A DNA stretch of 63,898 bases, counting the filler. It is 6 parts of 6 records of this genome, joined end to end, with 100 filler letters (N's around TTAATTAATTAA, not from the genome) between each part and the next. Parts side by side here need not be neighbours in the genome. Positions count along the whole stretch, not along the records: positions 40,060 to 51,355 come from SRR20825010_3319; positions 51,456 to 60,698 come from SRR20825010_3327; 4 more parts are not named here. One strand, written 5' to 3'. A program made the position numbers and the translations under genes. Each line of letters starts with the position of its first letter. Position 1 is the first letter of the stretch. Of this stretch, positions 46,909 through 56,465 are shown piece by piece. The notes beneath the pieces were generated by a model that did no database searches, was not told where the DNA came from, and saw only the letters and a program-made list of their open reading frames with translations.

Positions 46909-48453
46909 TTAGTTTTTAAACGCGCTGTGGCGCTGGATCAGGTAGATCAGGCCCAGCACGGGCACGCCCATCAGGCTGGCCAGCAGGAAGAAGCCCGGGT
47001 AGCCCAGGTTGTCCACCATGCTGCCGGAATAGCCGCCAATGGTTTTTGGCAGCAGTGTCATCAGCGAGCTGAAAATGGCGTACTGCACCGCCGTGAAGGA
47101 CACATTGGTGAGCTGCGACAGGAAGGCCACAAAAGCGGCGCTGGCCAGGCCGGCGGTGAGATTGTCGGCGGAGATCACTGCATAGAGGATACGGATATCG
47201 TGGCCCGCATAGGCCAGCCACAGGAACAGCAGGTTGGTAGCCACGGTGAGGAAGGCGCCCAGGTACAGTACCCGGATGACGCCGTGGCGCATGGCCAGAA
47301 TGCCACCCAGAAAGCCGCCAGCGATGGTCATGAACAGCCCAAAGGTTTTCACCACCCCGGCAATTTCGTTCTTGGTGAAGCCCATGTCTTCAAAAAAGAC
47401 GTTGGAAATCACCCCCAGCACAATATCGGAAACCCGATAAAACCCCACGAACACCAGCAACAACAGGGCCAGGCGTTTGCCGTAACGCTGGAAAAAATCC
47501 TTCACCGGGTCGATATAACTTTCCTGCACCAGCTGTCTGTCATAGAGCGGTGTCAGAGACAGCATTTTTAACAAAGCAGCGACCAGAATGATCGCCAAGG
47601 CCAGACGCAGGGTTTCCACCACCAGGCCGGACAAGGCACCGTTGTTCAGCGCGTCAGTCAGTGTTTGGCGGAAGGCGGCGGCGGACTCGGTGGTGAGTAT
47701 GTAGACCGTCACAAAGGCGGCGATGCCCACTACGAACAGGGTCAGAAATTTGAGGTACTGACGACTGGTGTACTGCGCGTTGGAGGGCCGGTGGTTTTCC
47801 GGTTCGCGAATGATCAGGGTAGTGATGGCCCCGACCAGCATGGTCAGCGCCATGATGGCATAGGTGCTTTGCCAGGCGGCGTAGCTGTAGGACTCACTGG
47901 TGGAGCCCAGCCAGCTGGCCAGTACTAAAGAGCCGGCCCCGGAAGTGAGCATGCCGATTCGGTAGCCGGCGATATAGGACGAGGACATCAGTGCTTGCAG
48001 TTCGGCCCCGGCGGATTCAATCCGGTAGGCGTCGATAACGATATCCTGGGTGGCGGCGGTGAAGCCCAGCATCACAACGGCAAACGCCATTATGTTCAGG
48101 GCGCCGGGCTGGGTCGGGTCGACCAGGGAGATACTGAAAATGGCGGCGGCGACCGCTAGCTGCGTCACCAGCAACCAGGCCCGCCGCCGGCCCAGCCAGC
48201 GGGTCAGGACGGGAATAGGCAGGCGATCAATGAGCGGCGCCCAGAGAAATTTGAACGAGTAGGCCAGCGCCGCCCAGCTGAAGTAGGTCACCGTGGAGCG
48301 GTCTACGCCAGCTTCGCGTAGCCAAAGCGACAGCGAAGAAAAAATAAGCAGCAGCGGGATGCCCGCCGAAAACCCGTAAAAGAACATGGTTTCCACGCGG
48401 GGGTGCAGGAAGGCCTTCAGGGATTGCTGCCAGCTGGTCGATTGTGGGGGCAT
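46909..48453 (-). CDS. ampG: AmpG-family muropeptide MFS permease
   Basis: GFSAGIP, KFLWAPLID, GRRRAW, ATQDIVIDAYRIE and TAVQYA motifs. Confidence 0.9.
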   Translation of the reverse strand: MPPQSTSWQQSLKAFLHPRVETMFFYGFSAGIPLLLIFSSLSLWLREAGVDRSTVTYFSWAALAYSFKFLWAPLIDRLPIPVLTRWLGRRRAWLLVTQLAVAAAIFSISLVDPTQPGALNIMAFAVVMLGFTAATQDIVIDAYRIESAGAELQALMSSSYIAGYRIGMLTSGAGSLVLASWLGSTSESYSYAAWQSTYAIMALTMLVGAITTLIIREPENHRPSNAQYTSRQYLKFLTLFVVGIAAFVTVYILTTESAAAFRQTLTDALNNGALSGLVVETLRLALAIILVAALLKMLSLTPLYDRQLVQESYIDPVKDFFQRYGKRLALLLLVFVGFYRVSDIVLGVISNVFFEDMGFTKNEIAGVVKTFGLFMTIAGGFLGGILAMRHGVIRVLYLGAFLTVATNLLFLWLAYAGHDIRILYAVISADNLTAGLASAAFVAFLSQLTNVSFTAVQYAIFSSLMTLLPKTIGGYSGSMVDNLGYPGFFLLASLMGVPVLGLIYLIQRHSAFKN

Positions 48454-48545
48454 AGGACTCTTAGCGGGTATTGCCGATGGGCGAAAGGCTCATCATAGAC
48501 ACTTTGTTTGCGGGGGGCGATGCAGGTTCATTGGCTAACAGCCTG

Positions 48546-48842
48546 CTAGAGGAAATAGTGTTTGGGCACGCGATCGCTTAGCACCGGGACATTTTCGTCG
48601 CGTAATCGCTGTATTTGAACCTCCCCCGCTGGCGTACCGACCAGGGCTATTCGCCTGTCTGAGCGCAACACCCGGTGCCAGGGCAGGCGGGTGTCCTTGG
48701 GGAGCTGACTCATCAGCCGGCCAACAAAACGGGCATGGCGGGGAAAGCCCGCCTGCTTTGCCACGGCGCCATAACTGCTGACGTGTCCTGGCGGAATAGC
48801 GGCGACGATCTGGTAAACGGCATCTCGGAATTCAGGATTCAT
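48546..48842 (-). CDS. Alkyltransferase-like protein (ATL, YbaZ family)
   Basis: IPPGHVSSYG and ARFVG; PWHRV has Trp in place of the catalytic Cys. ATG at 48842. Confidence 0.88.
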   Translation of the reverse strand: MNPEFRDAVYQIVAAIPPGHVSSYGAVAKQAGFPRHARFVGRLMSQLPKDTRLPWHRVLRSDRRIALVGTPAGEVQIQRLRDENVPVLSDRVPKHYFL

Positions 48843-48976
48843 GGCAGGCAGCTTCCAGCGACTCGCTTCTAGCTGCAAGTAAAAACGCAGAGCACAATAA
48901 AAAGAGGAAACCAGTGTCAGCCGATTTCCTCTTTGGGGTGCCGCATTATGCGTTCGGCATTGGGCGTCAGGCGTTG

Positions 48977-49738
48977 TTACCGCAACCCGCCGTCCATATC
49001 GATGCAGCGACCGGTGAAATAGTCGGTCTCGAAAATAAACGCCACGCTGCGGGCAATGTGCTCCGCTTCACCCAGCCGCTTGAGCGGCACGGCCTGTACC
49101 AGACGATCGCGGGCTTCCGGTTTCATGGCGGCCAGCATGTCGGTGTTGATGGTGCCCGGTGCCACGGCTCCGGTGCGAATGTTGTAGCGAGCCAGTTCTT
49201 TTGCCCATACCTCGGCCAGGGCAGCTACGGCGGCTTTGGCCGAAGAGTAGTTGCTCTGTCCGAAGCTGCCCTGTCGTGCCAGGGAGGAAATGTTCACGAT
49301 CACGCCTTCCTCGGCGCCGGTTTCGACCATTTTGGCGGCGGCTTCACGGCCGCACAGGAATACCCCGGTCAGGTTCACGTCGATCACCGCCTGCCACTGC
49401 TGCAGGCTCATTTTGCTGACCAGCTCGCCGTCTTTAGCCTTGATCAACAGTCCGTCGCGGGTAATGCCGGCGTTGTTGACCAGGCCGTGCAGGGCGCCGA
49501 AATCGGCAACCACATTGTTGAACAGGGCTTCCACCTCTTCCTCTTTGGCCACATTGGCCAGGTAGGCGCGGGCTTCGCCGCCGGCAGCTTCACAGGCAAC
49601 CACGGTAGCGTCCAGGTCTTCCTGGCTCAGGTCCACGCAGGCCAACCTGGCGCCTTTACCAGCAAAAAAGGTGGCGATGCCACGGCCCAGGCCACGGCCG
49701 GCGCCGGTCACAACAATCACTTTCTGGTTCAATTCCAT
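48977..49738 (-). CDS. SDR family oxidoreductase (FabG-like)
   Basis: TGAGRGLG, NNAGITRD and YSSAK motifs. Confidence 0.93.
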   Translation of the reverse strand: MELNQKVIVVTGAGRGLGRGIATFFAGKGARLACVDLSQEDLDATVVACEAAGGEARAYLANVAKEEEVEALFNNVVADFGALHGLVNNAGITRDGLLIKAKDGELVSKMSLQQWQAVIDVNLTGVFLCGREAAAKMVETGAEEGVIVNISSLARQGSFGQSNYSSAKAAVAALAEVWAKELARYNIRTGAVAPGTINTDMLAAMKPEARDRLVQAVPLKRLGEAEHIARSVAFIFETDYFTGRCIDMDGGLR

Positions 49739-49857
49739 GGTGATTCCTTACACTGTCGGTTCACGTTGCAACGGATTATGGTGAGGTGCAGCGGGCAGGC
49801 CAATGACCGGATTGCTCAGGCCCGCCGCAAAACGGGAAACGGAGAGCAGGACCCCAC

Positions 49858-50559
49858 ATGCATCAGGAAGCAGAAGCCCAGTCATTTATCTATCAGCACA
49901 GTCATGCGGCCCTGGCGACGGTGGACACTGAGGGCGCGCCTTTTGCATCTGCAGTGAATGTGGTGCCAGACCATGAGGGACGACTGTTGATGTTGGTTAG
50001 TGCCCTGGCGGCGCATAGCGTCAATCTGTCCGCTAACCCGGCGGCATCACTGGTGTGGGTGGAGCAACGGCATAGCGACTGGCAGGCGGCAACACGGTTG
50101 ACTGTGTCCGGTGAGGTAGTGGTGGTACCACCGGCACAGGGCGAAAGGTATTTTCAGGTGTTTCCTCACGCCCGCGAGTACCTCCTGCTGGATTTCCATT
50201 TTCTGGCGCTGCGCCCGGGGACGGCGCGCTGGATTCCCGGTTTTGCCCGGGCCACCTGGTTGAATGCCGAAGCGCTGGTGCAACCGTGGGGCTGGGATCT
50301 TGCCCGGGAACAGGCCATGGTCGGCCACATGAATGACGATCACGCCGATGCCATTGATCACTATCTGGCTTTGCTGGGCGCGCCGGGCCGGGGGGCGCAG
50401 ATGCTGGCGGTGGACCCCTGGGGGGCGTGGCTGTGGCATGACGAACGGTTGCGTCGGCTACCGTTCCCGGCCCGGGCGGAAGACGCCGGGCAAGTGCGTG
50501 ACACCCTGGTGATGCTCGCTCGTACTCCTCCAGAGGATTTTTTCCTCGCCCGCCCTTGA
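49858..50559 (+). CDS. HugZ-like pyridoxamine 5'-phosphate oxidase-family protein with DUF2470-like C-terminus
   Basis: LAT..PFAS, SALAAH..NL, GFARA and HMNDDH motifs. Confidence 0.82.
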   Translation: MHQEAEAQSFIYQHSHAALATVDTEGAPFASAVNVVPDHEGRLLMLVSALAAHSVNLSANPAASLVWVEQRHSDWQAATRLTVSGEVVVVPPAQGERYFQVFPHAREYLLLDFHFLALRPGTARWIPGFARATWLNAEALVQPWGWDLAREQAMVGHMNDDHADAIDHYLALLGAPGRGAQMLAVDPWGAWLWHDERLRRLPFPARAEDAGQVRDTLVMLARTPPEDFFLARP

Positions 50560-50582
50560 ATCCCGCCGTTACGACCCCATTC
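50555..50582 (+). promoter_or_regulatory. Sigma32 (RpoH) promoter of groESL
   Basis: CTTGAA-N14-CCCCATTC matches the RpoH consensus; lies upstream of groES. Confidence 0.8.
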
Positions 50583-50633
50583 CACGGCCAGCAGGCAGAC
50601 TCAGGAAGCCTCGGTGATGGCCGGTATTTCCTG

Positions 50634-50661
50634 TTGACTGTGCTGGCGTCCTTACTATGAT
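50634..50661 (+). promoter_or_regulatory. Candidate sigma70 promoter abutting CIRCE
   Basis: TTGACT-N16-TATGAT; its last base is the first base of CIRCE. Confidence 0.55.
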
Positions 50662-50687
50662 TAGCACTCCACTCATGAGAGTGCTAA
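50661..50687. promoter_or_regulatory. CIRCE operator (HrcA site)
   Basis: Perfect TTAGCACTC-N9-GAGTGCTAA. Confidence 0.97.
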
Positions 50688-50758
50688 TTCAGACTGTCGA
50701 GTTTGGCCGCTGTGGCCGACTTGGGTGTCAAAAGAACTAACTGGGAGTTTAAGGAAAA

Positions 50759-51049
50759 ATGAGCATCCGTCCTTTGCATGATCGCGTGCTGGTTCGCCGT
50801 GAAGAGGAAGAAACCAAAACCGCTGGCGGTATTGTGCTGCCCGGTTCCGCTGCCGAGAAGCCGTCCCGTGGCGAAGTCATTGCCGTCGGCAATGGCAAGA
50901 TCACCGAAAACGGTGATGTACGCCCGCTGGATGTGAAAGCAGGCGACAAGGTGATCTTTGGCCAATACGCAGGGTCCACCGTGAAGGTGGAAGGCGAAGA
51001 GCTGCTGATCATGAGCGAAGCCGAAATTCTGGCCGTCGTTGAAGGCTGA
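50759..51049 (+). CDS. groES: Co-chaperonin GroES
   Basis: [10 protein letters not shown] and KTAGGIVLP motifs. Confidence 0.99.
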   Translation: MSIRPLHDRVLVRREEEETKTAGGIVLPGSAAEKPSRGEVIAVGNGKITENGDVRPLDVKAGDKVIFGQYAGSTVKVEGEELLIMSEAEILAVVEG

Positions 51050-51151
51050 ACGCTGAATACGGCCCGGATAACTCTTCCGGTCTAGACAGACATCGAACGC
51101 CCGCAAGGGCATTCAGCCCATCACTGGGTAAAGAATCGCAGAGGTATATAA

Positions 51152-51355
<204 letters not shown>

Positions 51356-51455
51356 NNNNNNNNNNNNNNNNNNNNNNNNNNNNNNNNNNNNNNNNNNNNT
51401 TAATTAATTAANNNNNNNNNNNNNNNNNNNNNNNNNNNNNNNNNNNNNNNNNNNN
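51356..51455. other. Artificial contig linker
   Basis: N run with TTAATTAATTAA. Confidence 0.99.
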
Positions 51456-51779
51456 CGCCGAGATCTGGAACGACCGCACCAGCCCCATCCGCGCCACCTT
51501 GGCCGGCGGAGTGTGGGTTATGTCGCGCCCCATGAGCTCGATGCGGCCCGCACTGGGTGCCAGAAACTTGGTCAGAAGATTGAAAACCGTCGTCTTGCCG
51601 GCCCCATTCGGGCCGATCAGCGCATGAATTTTCGCATGGTGCACGTCGAGATCGACATTCTTGACGGCAACGAACCCGGCAAAATCGCGCCGCAGACCGC
51701 GGGCGGTAAGCACCACCCGCGGCTCTGCATCATTGGCGGCGCCGGAAACCGGCGCTTTCGTCATGACAGCCCCCGTCAC
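51456..51779 (-). CDS. Branched-chain-type ABC ATP-binding protein (LivG-like), 3'-truncated
   Basis: GPNGAGKTT and GLVRSFQ motifs; GTGA overlap with the binding-protein gene. Confidence 0.9.
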
Positions 51780-52981
51780 TGGCTGACCAGAGAGCAGCCG
51801 CTTTCAGAGGGTTTGATATAGGCTTCCTCGCCAGGAATGGTGGCAAGGACGTTGTAATAGTCCCACGGTTCCTTGCTGTCGGCAGGCGCCTTGACTTCCA
51901 TCAGATACATGTCGTTGAGCAGACGCCCATTGGCACCCACCGTCGCGTCGCGGGCGAAGAGGTCGTTGACCTTCATCTCATGCAGCTTTGCAGCGACCGC
52001 TTCCGTCTCGTCCGTACCGGCTTCCTTGATGGCCTTAAGATACTGCATCACTGCGGAATAAGTGCCGGCCTGGATCATGTTGGGCATCCGCTCGGTGCGT
52101 TCGTAGTAACGGCGGGCGAACTCGCGCGATTCATCGTCGCGATCCCAGTAGAAGCCTTCCGTCAGCGTCAGTCCCTGCGCGGCTTCAAGGCCAAGACCAT
52201 GAACTTCAGCCAGTGTGAACAGAAGAGCCGCAAGGCGCTGCCCGCCAGCCACGATGCCGAATTCGGCGGCCTGCTTGATCGCATTTGCCGTGTCGAGACC
52301 GGCATTGGCCAGACCGATCACCTTCGCGCCCGAGGCCTGCGCCTGAAGCAGGAAGGAGGAGAAGTCGGTGGTGGCAAGCGGATGCCGCACGGCTCCAAGG
52401 ATTTCACCGCCCTTGGACTTGGCGAAATTGCCGGTCTGCTCTTCCAGAGAGTAACCGAAGGCATAGTCCGCGGTCAGGAAGAACCAGGTGTCACCACCCT
52501 GTTCCACCAGCGCACCGCCTGTGCCGACGGCCAGCGCATGCGTGTCATAGGCCCAGTGGAAACCGTAGGGCGAGCACTGCGCGCCGGTCAGTTCCGTGGT
52601 CGCCGCGCCGGTGACCATGTTGATTTTCTTCTTCTCTTTCGAGATCCCCTGCACGGCCAGCGCCACCGAAGAGGTGGTCAACTCCATGATCGCGTCCACC
52701 TCTTCAGTGTCATACCACTGACGGGCGATGTTGGAGGCGATATCGGGCTTGTTCTGATGATCGGCGGTGATCACCTCAATGGGCTTGTCGAGAACGGTGC
52801 CGCCGAAGTCCTCAACCGCCATCAACGCGGCCTCGTAGGACCATTTTCCGCCAAAGTCGGCATAGACGCCCGACTGGTCGTTCAGGATGCCGATCTTCAC
52901 CTTTTCATCGGAAACCTGGGCCATGGCGGGAATGGCGGTGGCCGTCATGAGGGCCATGGATGCAAGCGCAAGAATTTTCAT
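51776..52981 (-). CDS. ABC substrate-binding protein (Leu/Ile/Val-binding-like family)
   Basis: Signal peptide MKILAL...AMA; ADHQNKPD, ADYAFG and DFSSFLLQA motifs; GGAGG RBS before ATG 52981. Confidence 0.93.
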   Translation of the reverse strand: MKILALASMALMTATAIPAMAQVSDEKVKIGILNDQSGVYADFGGKWSYEAALMAVEDFGGTVLDKPIEVITADHQNKPDIASNIARQWYDTEEVDAIMELTTSSVALAVQGISKEKKKINMVTGAATTELTGAQCSPYGFHWAYDTHALAVGTGGALVEQGGDTWFFLTADYAFGYSLEEQTGNFAKSKGGEILGAVRHPLATTDFSSFLLQAQASGAKVIGLANAGLDTANAIKQAAEFGIVAGGQRLAALLFTLAEVHGLGLEAAQGLTLTEGFYWDRDDESREFARRYYERTERMPNMIQAGTYSAVMQYLKAIKEAGTDETEAVAAKLHEMKVNDLFARDATVGANGRLLNDMYLMEVKAPADSKEPWDYYNVLATIPGEEAYIKPSESGCSLVSQ

Positions 52982-53204
52982 AATCGATCTTTCCTCCCAA
53001 AACGGTGAACCCTGGCCAGCACGAGACGCGTGGCAGCGGCTATCCAGATCCGCAAGGCGCGTTCGTGCTCCTCCGCACGCCACCCTGCAGGAAAATCGGC
53101 ATGATCAATCTGGATGGTGAAGCCGGTGCGAACCGGGCCTCCCTTCCCTCATGCACGACCATGCCTATAGTCATAGCATTGACCTTTCCGCACACAACTC
53201 TCTA

Positions 53205-53229
53205 TTTTTGCACAAACACGGTGCAAAAA
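53205..53229. promoter_or_regulatory. Inverted repeat, candidate LysR operator
   Basis: Perfect TTTTTGCAC-N7-GTGCAAAAA, 11 nt upstream of the LysR ATG in a divergent promoter region. Confidence 0.6.
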
Positions 53230-53240
53230 CGTACAGATCG

Positions 53241-54152
53241 ATGCGACCATTTTCCTGGGACGACCTCCAATATTTCCTTGCTGTCGCGCGGACGGGCCAG
53301 CTTTCTGCGGCGGCGCGCAAGCTCAGAACCAATCACGCTACGGTTTCACGTCGCATCGACAGGCTTGAGCAGGCGCTGGGGACGCGGCTCTTCGAGCGCA
53401 ACCCCCGCGGTTACCTCCTGACAGCGGTCGGCGAAAAGATGGTCGAGCGGGCCGAGGTGATCGAGCGCGAGGCGTCTTATGTGCAGAGCGAGCTTGCCGG
53501 CGACGCAACCTCCGTCAGCGGTGTCGTGCGCATCAGCACGCTGGAAGGGTTCGGCAATTTCTTTCTTGCCGACCGCCTGCCCGATCTGGCGCGCTCCCTG
53601 CCCTCCCTGTCGATCGAGCTCCTCATCATCCAGCAGATCGTCTCACTGTCACGCCGCGAGGCGGACATGTCGGTGACCCTGTCCACCAATCGGGCGGGCT
53701 CACATCACTATGAAAAAATCACCATGTACCGCCTGTTTCTGTATGGCACCCGCGACTATCTGGAAAAGCACCCGCCGGTGCGGCGCAAATCCGATCTGGC
53801 CTCCCACCGCATCATCGGCTACATCGAAGACATGATTTTCACGCCGGGCCTCGATTACCATCGGGAGATATTGCCGGGCGTTCGTGCCTTTTACCAAAGC
53901 TCCAGCATTCACGCGCAGCTTGCCGCCACGCGCAAGGGTCTGGGATTGTGCGTGATGCCGAACTTCATGGCGCGGCACTACCCCGATCTTGTTCCGGTCA
54001 TCCCGAAAGAGATTCATCTCGAACGCTACTACTGGTGCATCGCCCATCAGGACGTCGCGCACACACCGCGCATCCGGATGCTGACGGACTTCATCAAGAC
54101 CGAAGCGGAGGCCGCGAGGGATGATTTTCACGGGCAGAATCTTTTGACATAA
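53241..54152 (+). CDS. LysR-family transcriptional regulator
   Basis: WDDLQYFLAV, HTH (SAAARKL..NHATVSRRI) and LFER; ATG at 53241. Confidence 0.95.
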   Translation: MRPFSWDDLQYFLAVARTGQLSAAARKLRTNHATVSRRIDRLEQALGTRLFERNPRGYLLTAVGEKMVERAEVIEREASYVQSELAGDATSVSGVVRISTLEGFGNFFLADRLPDLARSLPSLSIELLIIQQIVSLSRREADMSVTLSTNRAGSHHYEKITMYRLFLYGTRDYLEKHPPVRRKSDLASHRIIGYIEDMIFTPGLDYHREILPGVRAFYQSSSIHAQLAATRKGLGLCVMPNFMARHYPDLVPVIPKEIHLERYYWCIAHQDVAHTPRIRMLTDFIKTEAEAARDDFHGQNLLT

Positions 54153-54300
54153 AAACGCGCCGTTTTCCGGAAGACGACAGCGTTCTACCTCAAATTCCGG
54201 AATTTCCGGGACTTTTCGGCAATTTTGTCGCAAGCTGAATTGTCACATGGCCACGCAGTCTTCTTTCGATGAGACTGCACCCTGAAATGGAGAGGCCGCG

Positions 54301-54720
54301 ATGAAGAACGCCCAGTATACACCCACCGACAACCCGATGCTGACGGGGACCCTTGGCCGCTGCCCGCAATGCCAGCAGGGTCACATCTTCAAGGGCTATC
54401 TCCAGCTCGCGGAAAGCTGCGAGGTCTGCGGGCTCGACTACTCCTTCGCCGATCCGGCCGACGGTCCGGCCTTCTTCGCAATGACCATAGCCGCCGTTCC
54501 CGCGCTCGCCTTCGGGGTGTGGTTCCAGATGGCATTCGAACTGCCGCTTTGGGTCCACGTTTTCACGACCGTGCCATTGACGATCCTGAGCTGCATGGCG
54601 CTTTTGCGCCCGCTCAAGGGCTGGCTCGTCTGCTCGCAATATTTCCACAAGGCCGAGGAAGGCTCCATCGACCACGCCTGGCACAGCGAGGCGGCGGCCA
54701 AGAAGGCCGATCAGGCCTAA
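54301..54720 (+). CDS. DUF983 family membrane protein
   Basis: GRCPQC..G..F, CEVCG, ADGPA, two TM helices and LRPLKG. Confidence 0.85.
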   Translation: MKNAQYTPTDNPMLTGTLGRCPQCQQGHIFKGYLQLAESCEVCGLDYSFADPADGPAFFAMTIAAVPALAFGVWFQMAFELPLWVHVFTTVPLTILSCMALLRPLKGWLVCSQYFHKAEEGSIDHAWHSEAAAKKADQA

Positions 54721-56465
54721 ACCATCAGGCTCTCCGCCATCATTTCCTGAAGCGCGTCATAGGCGGCAAGCACCGTCCGGGTCTGCGCTTCATGGGCGAG
54801 CCGAAACGCATCACCATAGACCGTCTCGTCCGGATATTCGGTGATGAGCGTCATCGGCGCGTCGTGGCGGTCGACCTCCGTGATGGTGATCGGGAAGCCG
54901 TTCAACACCTCGAACTGAAGTGCACCGGCGTGGATCTCGTAGAGCCGGATCTGCGCTTCATTGAAAGCGACGAGGCCCGGAACCTTTGCAAGTTCAGCCG
55001 TCACCTTTTCGATGAGGAGACGCGTGCGCTCGGCCCAGCCGGGCTTGTGACGGGCGACCAGAAAAAAGCCCTTCGGCACCGTCCACATCTCGAACCCGCG
55101 TGGAATGTAGCCCGTCAGCGGACGGGTCCATTCATGCGAGGGGTAGCCGTGCAGATTGACGTGGAGCGTGGCCTTCGTGCGTGAATAGGCTTCGCGGCGA
55201 ATGGCTTTTTCATAGAAGGGTTCGGCTTCCCGATATTCCAGATCGTCGCCAAGCGCGGTGTAGCGGGCCGCGTGGTGCATATGGTGCGGCTGGCTCTGGC
55301 ACAGTGTGTAGTGAAGCGCGTAGCCGTCCGGGTTTTCCAGCGGGGAAACCGTGAAATGCGCGCCTTCACGCCCGGCCAGCAGCGATGCGCCGCGCAGCGC
55401 GCCGGCAACGCCGGAGATCTCGTTGGGATGCTGCCCGCCGCTCAGCATGATCGGATGATCGGTTCCGCGCACATAGCGCGCCGGGACAGCGCGGCCGGAA
55501 CGCGAAGCCACCTCGAATGCCTCACCGCCGATCTTTTCAAGCATCTCGGCGACCATCGAGACGGAGAACGGCCCCGTGGCTTCGTGCAGCGGCTGCGCCG
55601 GCCAATGGGCGGGTTCGGTAGTGAGCGGCCGGGTTTCAACCCTGACGGTGAGCGGCCCCTCGCCTGCCGCGATCACCGGAATGATCTGACCGGGCTGGAG
55701 TCCGCGCGAACCGAGCGAACGGCCGGACTTCTTCTGGAAAAGTTCAAGCAGCGAGAAATAGAAATCCTCGTGCAGCGCCTCATGCAGGCTGATCGCTTCC
55801 TCGCCAACCGGGAGGCGTGTGTCTGCGCCAGGCATGGACACAGCAATGTGCAGCGCGTCGAAAAAGGGTTCGCTGTCTCCCCATGGGTGCGCATCAATGG
55901 CCTGAACCGTTTCGTGAAACAGGCGCTCGAAATCGGTTGCGAGCGCTTCGTCAACAACGCGGCCATCCGGGTGACGCACGCGCAGCCAGCCGCAGGGCGA
56001 CAGAAGCTTTTCGCCGATATGATCGTCGGCAAGCCGGTTGGGCGCGAAGACCGCATGGCGCGAGACAGCGCCGTCCGCCGCCGTGATCTCGACGCCATAT
56101 TCAAGCGCGCCGCCGGCCTCGGCGGGGGTGAAGGCTATCTCCGCCTCGCCCACCATGCCGGCAAGCGGATAGGCCTCCAGAAGGAAACGCTGCCCGGGCG
56201 CGGCAGGGCTCACCGGATAGGTGACGGCGATGCGCGCTGCACCGGCTGCCGCATCCTCGGTGAAAAAATGAACCAGCGGCTTGTAGGCGCTGTGCAGCCG
56301 GGCGGTGACTCCCGCTGCCGCAAAGCGCTTTTCGGCACCGCGGCGCGCCGCCTCATCCTCGAAAAGCCAGGCCTCGAGCTCGCCACCGCGCCATGCCTCA
56401 ATGGCGTATTCGGCAACCAGACGGTCGAGCGTGCGGTCAAAGGTCTTTTCGAAGATCGCGGTCAT
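54717..56465 (-). CDS. M14-family zinc carboxypeptidase-like protein with long N-terminal region
   Basis: GQHPNE (HxxE), ENPDG, NLHGY and ITEYP; ATG 56465 overlaps the upstream TGA. Confidence 0.85.
   Translation of the reverse strand: MTAIFEKTFDRTLDRLVAEYAIEAWRGGELEAWLFEDEAARRGAEKRFAAAGVTARLHSAYKPLVHFFTEDAAAGAARIAVTYPVSPAAPGQRFLLEAYPLAGMVGEAEIAFTPAEAGGALEYGVEITAADGAVSRHAVFAPNRLADDHIGEKLLSPCGWLRVRHPDGRVVDEALATDFERLFHETVQAIDAHPWGDSEPFFDALHIAVSMPGADTRLPVGEEAISLHEALHEDFYFSLLELFQKKSGRSLGSRGLQPGQIIPVIAAGEGPLTVRVETRPLTTEPAHWPAQPLHEATGPFSVSMVAEMLEKIGGEAFEVASRSGRAVPARYVRGTDHPIMLSGGQHPNEISGVAGALRGASLLAGREGAHFTVSPLENPDGYALHYTLCQSQPHHMHHAARYTALGDDLEYREAEPFYEKAIRREAYSRTKATLHVNLHGYPSHEWTRPLTGYIPRGFEMWTVPKGFFLVARHKPGWAERTRLLIEKVTAELAKVPGLVAFNEAQIRLYEIHAGALQFEVLNGFPITITEVDRHDAPMTLITEYPDETVYGDAFRLAHEAQTRTVLAAYDALQEMMAESLMV

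Noticed and set aside
48546-48842. MGMT pseudogene (catalytic Cys missing)
   Set aside because: PWHRV is the normal signature of the known alkyltransferase-like family.
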